Source: a virus. Taken from it: 64,000 nucleotides of DNA. Location of the stretch: positions 32,001 through 96,000 of IMG/VR virus record IMGVR_UViG_3300045049_000234. One strand, given 5' to 3'. Both the position numbers and the translations under genes were made by a program. The number at the start of each line of letters is the position of its first letter. The stretch's first letter is position 1. Below the pieces are notes generated by a model. The model saw only the letters and a program-made list of their open reading frames with translations. It had not been told where the DNA came from and searched no databases. Positions 34,876 through 44,496 of this stretch are shown here, one piece after another.

Positions 34876-35232
34876 CTAGCGGCGGGCCGCGTCGCGGATG
34901 ATGTCGGTCAGGCGCCACGCGGCGTTGTGCGAGCGGCGACCGAGGGATTCGATCACCGCGCGGGCGACACGGCCGCGCTCTGGCAGGCGGTGGCGCACGG
35001 CTTCGACGATCGAGCACACCAGCGCGTCCAGTTCGGCGTCGCCGGTGCGGTACTGGCGGTGGTGCACTCCGTCCGGCGCGGCGCGCGCCGCACGGGCGGC
35101 CAGGACGCGCAGCACGCGCCGCTGTAGTTCGTCCGTGCGCGCGTGCCACGCGAGGCGGAATGCGTACCGGTCGTCGATGCCGGTCAACTGGTCGGCGATG
35201 GCCTGGACGGCGATGCGTTCGGCGTCGTCCAT
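34876..35232 (-). CDS. Hypothetical protein
   Basis: ORF between upstream gene and terminator. Confidence 0.55.
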   Translation of the reverse strand: MDDAERIAVQAIADQLTGIDDRYAFRLAWHARTDELQRRVLRVLAARAARAAPDGVHHRQYRTGDAELDALVCSIVEAVRHRLPERGRVARAVIESLGRRSHNAAWRLTDIIRDAARR

Positions 35233-35235
35233 GCT

Positions 35236-35478
35236 CTATGCCGCAGTGCGCAGCGCGCCGTCCGCGTAGTTGTCCACGTCGCGGAGCACGTCGGCGACCA
35301 CCCACCCCCCGGCGCACATGTTGGCGACGTCGCTCCACCGCTCGATCGCGACGTACTGGGCGCCGGGGCACTGGCGTACGGCGTAGCGCAGTGCGCCGAT
35401 CAGCGTACTTTCCGGATGGAACGTGCGTGCGTTGTCGCGGTGGACAGCGACCTGATAGACGGCCGGACGGTCGCGCAT
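35236..35478 (-). CDS. Hypothetical protein
   Basis: AAGGAGG RBS, ATG at 35478. Confidence 0.6.
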   Translation of the reverse strand: MRDRPAVYQVAVHRDNARTFHPESTLIGALRYAVRQCPGAQYVAIERWSDVANMCAGGWVVADVLRDVDNYADGALRTAA

Positions 35479-35520
35479 ACATCCTCCTTGATCGGTGCCG
35501 TGGTGGGACACGCGTGTGGT

Positions 35521-35549
35521 AACGTAGCGCGTTGCATTAGCACGCGCAA
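35521..35549 (-). promoter_or_regulatory. Conserved phage promoter variant at the strand switch
   Basis: TTGCGC-GTGCTAAT..-TACGTT. Confidence 0.6.
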
Positions 35550-35612
35550 TAGCTAAATGAGGATGGATCGGCTAAGCTAGGCGATCCGCCCCACGGGATA
35601 CAGGAGGAACCC

Positions 35613-35882
35613 GTGATCATCCCTACGATGGAACCCGACCGTCGCGGCCCGAAACGTTCGATGGACCGCGCGCACACCGTGGACGCCGCGTGGACGGCGC
35701 TGATGCTCGACGTCGAGTTCGGCATGGCGCCGATGCGCCCCGTCGTGCGCAGCGCGGCGTACCGCGCCGGTGAGCTGCGCCTGGCCGTCCAGTGCCGCCG
35801 CCGTGTCGCGTCGGTGCGCCGGTTGTTCGACGCCACATTCCCGCCGTACCGCGCCGCCGCCGCGAAGCTGGCGCACCCGTGA
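35613..35882 (+). CDS. Hypothetical protein
   Basis: AGGAGGAACCC-GTG. Confidence 0.6.
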   Translation: MIIPTMEPDRRGPKRSMDRAHTVDAAWTALMLDVEFGMAPMRPVVRSAAYRAGELRLAVQCRRRVASVRRLFDATFPPYRAAAAKLAHP

Positions 35883-36103
35883 CCGCCATGCGCCAGGGGC
35901 GCAACCAGGACGGCGCGCCCGCGTGGTCGTACACGGACGTGGACGGGGACCTGATGGCCGTGTTCCCCGCGCACCTGCCCGACGGACGCAAGGGCGTCAA
36001 CCTGCGCACGGCCGTGCGAGGGTGCACGGTCACCGCCGACGACGTTGAGGACTTCATCGCCTCGGTGCGCGCGGCCGTGGCGAACGCGCAGGGCGCCCGA
36101 TGA
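35879..36103 (+). CDS. Hypothetical protein
   Basis: GTGA coupling. Confidence 0.55.
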   Translation: MTAMRQGRNQDGAPAWSYTDVDGDLMAVFPAHLPDGRKGVNLRTAVRGCTVTADDVEDFIASVRAAVANAQGAR

Positions 36104-36951
36104 ACCGCAGCATGTACCGCCGCGCCGTCCGACACGCGCGGCGCACATGGGACTGGGACGTCATGGACGCCGGACGCGTCACGTTCGTCGCGGTGTTCCC
36201 GAACACGAACACCGGCTATCTCGGCATCGACGGCGACGGCACTCCGTTCGGCGACTTCGCGGGCGGCCTGGACCTGGACGGCTTCCGGCCGATCAGCGAC
36301 TACTGCTGGTGGCGCCCCGACGGCCCGTCGAACGTGTGGGGTGCGGGCACCGCCGCCGTGGCGCTGCGCGGCTACGACATCGACGGGCACGTGAAGCCGG
36401 ACGAGCTGTGGTACGCGCACTTCGATCCGGACGACGACGAACACCGGTACCCCGGCATCGGGTGGTACGGCGGCATCCTGGACAAACCGCACCGCATCCG
36501 CAGCGCGACCGGCGCGCGCCTGGTCACCGATCCCACGGAGTTCGGCGCCGCCACGGCGTTGTGGGACCTGATCGAGAAAGATCACGGGTTCGCCCCGTTC
36601 ATGGACGCGTGGCTGTTCGACTCCCGCGACTTCGGCGGCAAGTGGTACATGCCCCTGGAGTGGGAGGCGGACGAGCGCAGTTGCGAGCTGGCCGACGTCG
36701 TTGAGCTGATGGACGGGTGGCGCCGCCGGTACGGGGCGAAGATCCACGTCTACGGGATGCACGCGCAGAAGCCTTACGCGGTCCCCGAACCCGGCGGGGG
36801 CACCCGCAACGTCAAGCGCGTGCACCACGGCGGGCCGTCCGACGGGCACATGTACCACGCGCAGTCGGCCACCGAATTCCTGCGCTCATATAAGGCGTGG
36901 AAGTCCGGCGACCTCGACAACTGGCATCCGGACTGGCGCAGCTACTGGTAG
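36100..36951 (+). CDS. Hypothetical protein
   Basis: ATGA coupling, 283 aa with strong GC3 bias. Confidence 0.7.
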   Translation: MNRSMYRRAVRHARRTWDWDVMDAGRVTFVAVFPNTNTGYLGIDGDGTPFGDFAGGLDLDGFRPISDYCWWRPDGPSNVWGAGTAAVALRGYDIDGHVKPDELWYAHFDPDDDEHRYPGIGWYGGILDKPHRIRSATGARLVTDPTEFGAATALWDLIEKDHGFAPFMDAWLFDSRDFGGKWYMPLEWEADERSCELADVVELMDGWRRRYGAKIHVYGMHAQKPYAVPEPGGGTRNVKRVHHGGPSDGHMYHAQSATEFLRSYKAWKSGDLDNWHPDWRSYW

Positions 36952-36959
36952 GAGGAACG

Positions 36960-37289
36960 TTGTCCCGTCATTTCAAGAAGTCCGTGAAGGACCCGGCACT
37001 GACGATCGGCTACGGCTACGACCGGCCGATGGGCGGGTTCTTCGCGTGGATCGGCCCCGACGGCGGGGACTGCGAGCCGGAGGAACTGGTGCTGGACGTC
37101 GGCAACCTGCCCGGCGAGGTGCCAGACCCCGAGTATCTGTCGGCGCTGATCGATGCCGCCGGGCACGGCGCGCTGAGCGCGCAGGAGATCGCCGTACTGT
37201 ACGCCGACGCGAACATGGAAGGACCGCCGCAGCGCACGCCGTCACTTCAGGCGCTGATGGACGCGATGACCGGCGTCACGCGCCCGTGA
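36960..37289 (+). CDS. Hypothetical protein
   Basis: AGGAGG plus TTG; GYDRPMGGFF motif. Confidence 0.65.
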   Translation: MSRHFKKSVKDPALTIGYGYDRPMGGFFAWIGPDGGDCEPEELVLDVGNLPGEVPDPEYLSALIDAAGHGALSAQEIAVLYADANMEGPPQRTPSLQALMDAMTGVTRP

Positions 37290-37338
37290 GTGCGTGTACT
37301 GCGGCACTTGCGGTTGCGGTTACCCCGGTGAATATGGG

Positions 37339-37367
37339 TTGTGTCCGCTATCGGATTGCGCTACGCT
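37339..37367 (+). promoter_or_regulatory. Conserved phage promoter variant
   Basis: TTGTGT-CCGCTATC..-TACGCT. Confidence 0.6.
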
Positions 37368-37426
37368 AGTTAACACGACGGGGGGATTGACGAACCCCCG
37401 ACATCCGACGACATCGGAGGAACCCC

Positions 37427-37684
37427 TTGCACTACTGCACTTGCGGTTGCGGTACGCGGATCACCGGCTACAACTACCGCTGCCCGCGCGGCCAGGTCTG
37501 GACGCGCAGCGCGTTCCAGGACGAGTTCGGATTCCTCGCCGCCATGCAGGAGGTCGAGGTCATCGAAGACCTGGCGCGCGGCGACTTCGCCGCAGCGGCG
37601 TTCGACCAGGCGGCGGCGGACGACTTCGCCAGCGGCGACGTGTTCGGCGGCATCACCGACTCGGCGCTGGGCGACCTGCTGTAG
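37427..37684 (+). CDS. Small acidic Cys-containing protein
   Basis: GGAGGAACCCC plus TTG. Confidence 0.6.
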   Translation: MHYCTCGCGTRITGYNYRCPRGQVWTRSAFQDEFGFLAAMQEVEVIEDLARGDFAAAAFDQAAADDFASGDVFGGITDSALGDLL

Positions 37685-37800
37685 CACAGACGCGGGTCGC
37701 GGCGCGCGACCCGGCGGAACACCTGCGCCACCCCCCCCGGCGCGGTCCCGCGAATCCCCTGGGCACACCCCACCCCGTGCCCAGGGGACGCGCCATCCAT

Positions 37801-37910
37801 GGACGTGGCTGGTTTCGGCGCGACCTCACCCGCGCCGTCACGCACAGGCGGGGTTTTCTCACCTGCACTTTCTACCCGTCGCTAAGGGGGTTCGATTCCC
37901 CCTGCGTCCG
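37801..37910 (+). ncRNA. tRNA-like element (acceptor stem plus T arm, non-canonical core)
   Basis: GGACGUG/UGCGUCC 7-bp stem stacked on GGGGG-UUCGAUU-CCCCC. Confidence 0.5.
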
Positions 37911-37975
37911 CTGTGGCGTCCCGACCGTTCGCGCCGGGGCGCCCGTCACCCGATTGATGAGAGGAACCCGAAAGC

Positions 37976-39466
37976 GTGGCCATGCACGAAATCGCAGTCG
38001 GCAACATCCCCCCGGCGCTCGCGGCGCTCCTGGTGAGCGGCGGCGTGGTGGGGACGCCGGTGACCGGCGACGACATCAAGTTCCACAAGGGCAAGGACAT
38101 CGTCCTGCCGGAGGGGTCCACCTACGAGTGGGCCATCGACACGCTGGAGCGCAAGAAGACGGAGCAGGAGACCGTCATCTCCTTCCAGCGCGTCTACCCG
38201 TTCCGCCCGGACGACGGCGCGCACGCCGTGGCGGCGGTCCTGAAATCCAAGTACGGCGTCACGATCGGCAAGCCCACGCCGGGATTCTTCTCCTCCCGCC
38301 CGCCGGAGCTGCGCGCCATCGCCGTCGGGTTCGGCAAGACCGAACAGGTCCCGTGGGGCAAGATCGAGATCCCGTCGCTCCAGAGCGCCGAGATCACGCT
38401 GCACGAGACCAGCCAGGGCAACGGCCCGGTGTTCGCCGTGTCGGTGCAGGCGGCGCGCAAGTTCAAGGAGGAGATCGAGTCACTGTTCGGCGCGATCGAC
38501 GCCGAGCTGCGCGCGAACTCCATCTACCGGGGCAAGGCGCTGATCGGCGCGCACACGCTCCAGTTCTTGGACACCTCCAAGTTCGACGCCACCAAGATCG
38601 TGTTCTCGGACCTGGTGACCGACACGCTCAACGCCGCGCTGTTCGGTGCGATCAAGCACGCCGCCGCGCTCAAGCGCGACGGCGTCCCGATCAAGCGCTC
38701 CGTCCTGCTCTACGGCCCGTACGGGACCGGCAAGTCCTCCGTCGGGATGATGACGGCGCAGGTCGCTGAGATGAACGGGTTCACCTTCCTCCAGGCGCGC
38801 ACCGGCGTGGACTCGCTGGAAGACGTCCTGAAGACCGCGCAGCTCTACCAGCCCGCCGTCGTGTTCGTGGAGGACATCGACGGTCCGGCGTCGGTGAGCG
38901 ACGCGCAGGACGTGGCCAAAATGCTGGAGGCGTTCGACGGCGTGGCCGCCAAGGACTCCCAGATCATCATGGTCGTGACCACCAACCACATCGACCGCAT
39001 CCACGCGGGCATGCTGCGCCCCGGCCGCCTGGACTACATCGTGGAAATCAACAAGCTGGACCGCAGCGGAACCGAACGCCTGCTGCGCGTCCTGCTGGGC
39101 GACAAGCTGGACCGGCATGTGGACTTCGACGCGGTGTTCGCGGAGATGACGGACTTCGAGCCCGCGTTCGCCCGCGCCACCGCCGACCGCGCCGCCACGT
39201 GGGCCATCGCCCGCACCGGCGGCAAGGGCTCGTACAAGCTCGCCACCGCCGATCTGGTCGGCGCCGCGCGCTCGCTGCACCCGCAGCTCAAGCGCTTGCG
39301 CGAGGCGTCCGAGGGCATCCCGGCGCCGCAGATCGAGACGGCGCTGGCGGACCTGACCACCAAGGCCGCGCAGGAGGCGGTCCTGGGCCTGCGCCTGGAG
39401 GACGCGTACGGCGACGTGACCCACACGGTCGTGATGCCGGAGCTGAACGGCGCGTCCGCGTCGTAG
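37976..39466 (+). CDS. AAA+ ATPase
   Basis: Walker A GPYGTGKS, Walker B VVFVEDID, TTNH, LRPGRLD. Confidence 0.9.
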   Translation: MAMHEIAVGNIPPALAALLVSGGVVGTPVTGDDIKFHKGKDIVLPEGSTYEWAIDTLERKKTEQETVISFQRVYPFRPDDGAHAVAAVLKSKYGVTIGKPTPGFFSSRPPELRAIAVGFGKTEQVPWGKIEIPSLQSAEITLHETSQGNGPVFAVSVQAARKFKEEIESLFGAIDAELRANSIYRGKALIGAHTLQFLDTSKFDATKIVFSDLVTDTLNAALFGAIKHAAALKRDGVPIKRSVLLYGPYGTGKSSVGMMTAQVAEMNGFTFLQARTGVDSLEDVLKTAQLYQPAVVFVEDIDGPASVSDAQDVAKMLEAFDGVAAKDSQIIMVVTTNHIDRIHAGMLRPGRLDYIVEINKLDRSGTERLLRVLLGDKLDRHVDFDAVFAEMTDFEPAFARATADRAATWAIARTGGKGSYKLATADLVGAARSLHPQLKRLREASEGIPAPQIETALADLTTKAAQEAVLGLRLEDAYGDVTHTVVMPELNGASAS

Positions 39467-39474
39467 TCCAAACC

Positions 39475-39515
39475 AACGCCCCGCACCTTCGCCGCACCGG
39501 AGGTGCGGGGCGTTT
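39475..39515 (+). terminator. Intrinsic terminator
   Basis: AACGCCCCGCACC..GGTGCGGGGCGTTT. Confidence 0.7.
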
Positions 39516-39535
39516 CCGCAGCGATGGAGGAACCC

Positions 39536-40054
39536 ATGACCACCATTGACGAGCAAGTGGACTTGCTCGACGCCGCGCTGTGTCGCGGCGACAACCTGAA
39601 CGACCTGAGCAACGCGAACCCCTCCGTGGCGTTCCGCGACCAGGTGCAGGCGGCTGCCGCGCACGCGGGATCGGTGGCGCAGAGCAACGCGCGTGCGCGG
39701 GGACTGCGCGTGCGCGACGGCATCCCGCACGCCGACACCCCGGCGTGGCTGCGCCGTGGGATGCTGCGCGCCATCGTGGTGTGGATGGGCCGCATCGGCG
39801 AGACGTGCCCGCACGCCGCCGACCGCAGCAACGTCCAGCCGATCTCGCTGGCCGCGTGGAACCCGATGCGCGCCACGTGCCTGGCGTGCACGGCCACGCT
39901 GGCGGTGGAACACGGATCGGTGGCGGACCGCACATGCGACGGCTGCGGCACGGTCACCGACGGCAGGGCGGGCATGTATCCCGGCACGATGATCTTCGGC
40001 CCGTTCACCTACTTCTACGGCACCTGCGCCGACTGCCGTGTGACGGGGGGCTGA
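39536..40054 (+). CDS. Zinc-binding hypothetical protein
   Basis: CPH, CLAC, CDGC, CADC. Confidence 0.65.
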   Translation: MTTIDEQVDLLDAALCRGDNLNDLSNANPSVAFRDQVQAAAAHAGSVAQSNARARGLRVRDGIPHADTPAWLRRGMLRAIVVWMGRIGETCPHAADRSNVQPISLAAWNPMRATCLACTATLAVEHGSVADRTCDGCGTVTDGRAGMYPGTMIFGPFTYFYGTCADCRVTGG

Positions 40055-40059
40055 ACGCC

Positions 40060-40485
40060 GTGGGGTGGATACTCGGATTCGGCATCCCGGCGGCGTACAT
40101 GGCGGGGTGGGCGGCGTTCGCCCGCGTCCTGTACCAGCGCTACCGCATTCACGAGGTCGAGAAGGCGGCATGCCCGAACCGCCGCACCATGGGCGACCGG
40201 CATGACGTGCGCTGTGACCGATGCCTGATCACGAATAAGTTCTGGTGGCAAGAAAAGGACCGTTCTACCACCGCGCACACGTACACCGACACCGGATGCC
40301 TGGCGCTGGCGTTCCTGCACGCGTTCCCCTGGCCGTTGACCGCTCCGGCGTACATCATGGTGCGTGTGGCCAGCGACCATCCGGCGCTCGCGCCCAGCGA
40401 GGTCAAGGCGCGCGAAAAGGCGCAGTTGGACCGCATCAAGGAGCTGGAAGACCTCAACCGCAAGCTGTCCGACTCGATCGGATGA
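40060..40485 (+). CDS. Membrane protein
   Basis: Two TM segments. Confidence 0.6.
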   Translation: MGWILGFGIPAAYMAGWAAFARVLYQRYRIHEVEKAACPNRRTMGDRHDVRCDRCLITNKFWWQEKDRSTTAHTYTDTGCLALAFLHAFPWPLTAPAYIMVRVASDHPALAPSEVKAREKAQLDRIKELEDLNRKLSDSIG

Positions 40486-40531
40486 CCACCTCCCCACGTG
40501 TTCCAGATCAACCGCAAGGAGCTTCACCGCG

Positions 40532-41203
40532 ATGACTGATCCGCATTACGCCCACGTGTTCCTCGTCGCCGACCGGTCCGGATCGATGGCCGACTGCCGC
40601 GAGGCCACGCAGGACGGCATCAACGAGTTCTTCAACGGGCAGAAGACGGTCCCCGGCAAGGTGACCGCATCCCTGTTCCAGTTCGACGACCACCACGACA
40701 CCGTGTTCGAGCACCTGCCGATCGGCGACGTCCCGGCGTACGAACTGGTTCCGCGCGGCATGACGGCACTGCTGGACGCCGTCGGGTTCGCTTTCACCCG
40801 CGAGGGCGAATGGCTCGCGTCCATGCCGGAGCACGAGCGTCCTGGCATCGTCACGGCGGTGATCGCCACGGACGGCATGGAGAACCGTTCGACCGAGTGG
40901 AAGGCGGACGGCGCCGATCCCGCCTCGCGCATCCGCGCGCTGATCACCCAGCAGCGCGAGGTCTACGGATGGGAGGTGCTGTTCATCGGCGCCAACATGG
41001 ACGCGATCAAGGTGGGCGGCGGGCTCGGCATCCCGGTGTCGCGCTCCATGACCTACAACACCACCGCCACGGGCACCGCATCCACGTACGGGACGCTGTC
41101 GGCCGTCGGCGCCACCATCTCGTCCGGCGTGGCGTTCGCCGGGTTCACCGATGACCAGCGCGCCGCCGCCGTGGACCAGGCGCCCGACAAGGACGCGAAG
41201 TGA
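40532..41203 (+). CDS. vWA domain protein
   Basis: VADRSGSM, PRGMTALLDAVG, ATDGMEN, FIGAN. Confidence 0.85.
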   Translation: MTDPHYAHVFLVADRSGSMADCREATQDGINEFFNGQKTVPGKVTASLFQFDDHHDTVFEHLPIGDVPAYELVPRGMTALLDAVGFAFTREGEWLASMPEHERPGIVTAVIATDGMENRSTEWKADGADPASRIRALITQQREVYGWEVLFIGANMDAIKVGGGLGIPVSRSMTYNTTATGTASTYGTLSAVGATISSGVAFAGFTDDQRAAAVDQAPDKDAK

Positions 41204-41691
41204 CGGCCGGTGACGACGGGGACCAAGCCCCGGCGACACTGGAGAAGGCCATTGAGGACGCCGTGCGGGCGGCGATCGACCGCAACCCCGAAGGCGTGCG
41301 GGACGCGGTGATGCGCGCCACCGAGGAGAGTTTCCCCGCTGGTCTGGGCTACGCGTGCTTCTCGTGGGCGCGCATCGCGGCGGCGGCGATCGTCGGTTCC
41401 CCGGAACAACTGGAGGAGTACACCGCCAGGGGCATGAGCGCGGGAGTCCAGTTCGCCGACGGTGACGGCGCGATCATGAACGCGGAGGACACCCATCCGG
41501 CGGTCCGGTTCGTCGGCCGGATGGTGGCGTGCGCGCTGAACGACGACCACCGCGCGGCCATCGACGTGTGGGCGACGCTGGACGACGACGTGCGCGCCCA
41601 GGCGTGCGTGGAGATGGTCAACTTCGCCGCGTCCATGATAGTCCGGCGCGCGCTGGTCGATATGAACGGGACGCCGGGCAGGCTAATGTAA
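41200..41691 (+). CDS. Hypothetical protein
   Basis: GTGA coupling. Confidence 0.6.
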   Translation: MTAGDDGDQAPATLEKAIEDAVRAAIDRNPEGVRDAVMRATEESFPAGLGYACFSWARIAAAAIVGSPEQLEEYTARGMSAGVQFADGDGAIMNAEDTHPAVRFVGRMVACALNDDHRAAIDVWATLDDDVRAQACVEMVNFAASMIVRRALVDMNGTPGRLM

Positions 41692-41696
41692 GGCGC

Positions 41697-42278
41697 ATGG
41701 CGACGTTCCTGGGGTATGAAACCCTGCGGCTTGACGAACTGATCCCGTTCCCCGGCAACGCCCGGCGCGGCGACGTGGACAAGATCCGCGAGTCCATCCG
41801 TGCGCACGACCAGTACCGTTCACTGGTCGTGCGCCGGACTCCCGGCGGCGATGTGATCCTGGCGGGCAACCACACAGCCCAAGCGTTGATCGCCGAAGGG
41901 CGCGCGGACGCGCGGTGCGAGGTGTTGGAATGCTCCGAATCCGACGCCATCAAAATCAACCTCATGGACAACAAAGGTTCCGACGACGCCACGAACGATG
42001 ACGACGCGCTGGGCGCGTTGCTGTCAGAACTGGACGGCGACTATTTCGGCACCGGTTTCGACGAAGACGAAGCGAACACGATCTTGGCGGCGCTCACCGC
42101 CGAGGAGTTGGCCACTACCGGCGGTGGCGACATGAACCCGTTCATCGGGGACGCCCCCGTGGACGAAATGCGCACCTCGTGGGGCGTCGTCGTCACCTGC
42201 CGGGATGAACTTCAGCAGGTCGAACTCCTCCAGCGGTTCACGGCCGAAGGGCTGTCCGTCCGCGCACTCGTGGCTTAG
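41697..42278 (+). CDS. ParB/Srx-like protein
   Basis: L.PFPGNARRGDVDKI.ESI....Q...VV....ILAGNHT. Confidence 0.8.
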   Translation: MATFLGYETLRLDELIPFPGNARRGDVDKIRESIRAHDQYRSLVVRRTPGGDVILAGNHTAQALIAEGRADARCEVLECSESDAIKINLMDNKGSDDATNDDDALGALLSELDGDYFGTGFDEDEANTILAALTAEELATTGGGDMNPFIGDAPVDEMRTSWGVVVTCRDELQQVELLQRFTAEGLSVRALVA

Positions 42279-42286
42279 GAGCCGCC

Positions 42287-43381
42287 ATGGAATTCGATGT
42301 CACCGTAACCACCCCCGTGGCGTCCAGCCCTCGGTTGATGCAGGTGAGCAGCTTGTTCGACGTGCCGTTGGAAGAAAAGGCCACTAATTCGTGGCACGTG
42401 CGCATGCCGATCGGCGAACGACAGTGGGCGGTCGGTCTGATCACCGGGCCGTCCGGTTCCGGCAAAACCTCGGTGGCCCGCCACGTGTGGCCGGACGCGG
42501 TCGCCCGCGTGCCGACGTGGTCGCCCACGGACGCGTTGGTGGACGGCTTCCCGGCCGGTATGTCGATCAAGGACATCACGGGCATGCTCACCGGCGTGGG
42601 ATTGTCGTCCACCCCGGCATGGTTGCGCCCTTATCACACGCTTTCGAACGGCGAGATGTTCCGCGCCGACGTGGCGCGTACGTTGGCTGACACGCCTTCC
42701 GGATCGTTGTGCGTGATCGACGAATTCACCAGTTTCGTGGATCGGCAGGTGGCCCGCGTAGCGTCGCACACCACGCAGAAAGTGGTGCGCCGCACTGACC
42801 GCCAGCTCGTAGCGGTCACGTGCCATTACGACGTGATCGACTGGCTACAGCCCGATTGGGTCTTGGACATGGCGGACGGCTCGTTCACCTGGAGGTCGGT
42901 TCAACCCCGCCCCAGGATCGACCTCAGCATTCACCGGGTCGGCCGCGAAACGTGGTCCGTGTTTGCACGTCATCACTATCTGAGCAGTTTCCTGTCTCCG
43001 GCGGCGCAATGTTTCGGCGCGTTCACCGACACCGGGGCCATGGTGGCGTTCACGTCATACTTGCACTTCCCACACCCCAACACCAAGAACCTGAAAATGG
43101 CGCATCGCATCGTGGTGTTGCCGGACTATCAAGGGCTGGGGATCTCGTTGCCGTTGTCGCAATGGGTCGGCGAATACCTATGGTCGCAGGGGAAGCGCTA
43201 CCGGATCACCACGGCGCACCCGGCGATGATCAATGCCCTCGCGAGGTCGCCCCGCTGGCGCCACGTGTCGGAGCAAAACACCCACCGCAGCGTCCACGTG
43301 AAGACGTCCGCCATGCCTTCGAGGCACATGAACCCCCGGCACATGGGGACGCGGTCGTTCGAGTACTGCCCCATGGCCTAG
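42287..43381 (+). CDS. ABC-type ATPase fused to GNAT (Mom-like) acetyltransferase
   Basis: GPSGSGKT, LSNGE, VIDEFTS, TCH; HHYL and RIVVLPDYQGLGI. Confidence 0.82.
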   Translation: MEFDVTVTTPVASSPRLMQVSSLFDVPLEEKATNSWHVRMPIGERQWAVGLITGPSGSGKTSVARHVWPDAVARVPTWSPTDALVDGFPAGMSIKDITGMLTGVGLSSTPAWLRPYHTLSNGEMFRADVARTLADTPSGSLCVIDEFTSFVDRQVARVASHTTQKVVRRTDRQLVAVTCHYDVIDWLQPDWVLDMADGSFTWRSVQPRPRIDLSIHRVGRETWSVFARHHYLSSFLSPAAQCFGAFTDTGAMVAFTSYLHFPHPNTKNLKMAHRIVVLPDYQGLGISLPLSQWVGEYLWSQGKRYRITTAHPAMINALARSPRWRHVSEQNTHRSVHVKTSAMPSRHMNPRHMGTRSFEYCPMA

Positions 43382-43429
43382 TGAAACGCGGTCCTCGCGG
43401 TGATCCTTTAAATTCCCAGGCGGAACAGC

Positions 43430-43458
43430 TTGACGGCGCTATCCCACGCGCGTATTGT
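43430..43458 (+). promoter_or_regulatory. Conserved phage promoter
   Basis: TTGACG-GCGCTATC..-TATTGT. Confidence 0.75.
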
Positions 43459-43508
43459 TTGTGGTGAGGGAACGGAGAGGACCGGACCCCAAACACTAGG
43501 AGCCCGAC

Positions 43509-44438
43509 ATGGCCACGCAGATCACCTACACCGCCACCTACGACAACAACGGCACCGAGATCACCAAGACCCGCACCTCCCACCGCGCCTACACCCACGC
43601 GGCCGTGTACGACTACGGCAAGGGGGACGGCCCGTTCATCGGTTCGTTCCACGGCGACGCCGCGAACGCCGCGAAGGGCTCCATCTCCGGTATCAAGCCG
43701 ATCGCCGTCGTGGAGGCGCACCCGGTCACGGACGCCCCCGCCGCCGACGTGGCCCCGGCGGACGCCCCGGTCGAGACCAAGACCACCCCGCAGGAGCTGT
43801 CCGACCGCGTGGACGCGGCTCACGCCGCCGCCGCCGCGAAGAAGGCCGCGCCGAAGAAGACCGCGAAGGTCGCCCCCAAGGCGAAGGCCGCGAAGACCGA
43901 CGCCCCGGCCACCCCGTCGAAGGCCGACATCGAGAAGGCCGCCGCCGAACTGGCCGCCGAGGACGGCGAGAAGACCGACGCGCCGACCAACGGTCACGCG
44001 GTGGTGGAATTCTTCGACCACCTGATCAACACGGACGCGGTGCACGCGACCACCGGCCGCAACTACCGGGGGATCTTCCGGAAGGTGATGGTCGGCGGCC
44101 ACGCTCGCGGCCTGAACGCCGACGTCACGAAGATCAACGTGGAGAACGTGTGGGACCGCTACGCGGCGGCCACGCCGACGCTGCTCGACTCGACCGCGAA
44201 GGTCTACCGGCAGTATTTCCTGCGGGCCGTGAAGCTGTTCCTGGACTACACCGCGAACCCGCAGGAGTGGACTCCCACCGGCCGCTCCGAGGCCCGGCGC
44301 CCGCGCCGCGCGCACCAGGAGTTCACGCTGGCCGACGGCACCACGCTGCGCGTGACCCACACCCCCGGTACCGACCTGAAGGCGGCGCTGGAGACGGCGC
44401 TGGCTTCGCTGGCCGCCCCCGCGCCCGCCGACGCGTGA
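43509..44438 (+). CDS. Protein with Ala/Lys/Pro-rich histone-like linker and helical C-terminal domain
   Basis: AAAKKAAPKKTAKVAPKAKAAK. Confidence 0.7.
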   Translation: MATQITYTATYDNNGTEITKTRTSHRAYTHAAVYDYGKGDGPFIGSFHGDAANAAKGSISGIKPIAVVEAHPVTDAPAADVAPADAPVETKTTPQELSDRVDAAHAAAAAKKAAPKKTAKVAPKAKAAKTDAPATPSKADIEKAAAELAAEDGEKTDAPTNGHAVVEFFDHLINTDAVHATTGRNYRGIFRKVMVGGHARGLNADVTKINVENVWDRYAAATPTLLDSTAKVYRQYFLRAVKLFLDYTANPQEWTPTGRSEARRPRRAHQEFTLADGTTLRVTHTPGTDLKAALETALASLAAPAPADA

Positions 44439-44496
44439 CGGCCACACCGCGCGCCGGATGATCACCGATCCGGCGCGCGGTGTGCTACGCTAGTGA

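Noticed and set aside
37294-38769. 491-aa ORF whose start resembles 37427-37684 (shared GCACTTGCGGTTGCGGT)
   Set aside because: Runs out of frame through a promoter, structured RNA and the AAA+ gene; the 17-nt repeat is probably a small duplication remnant
43509-44438. Integrase
   Set aside because: No tyrosine or serine recombinase catalytic motifs; no integrase or att site identified in the window
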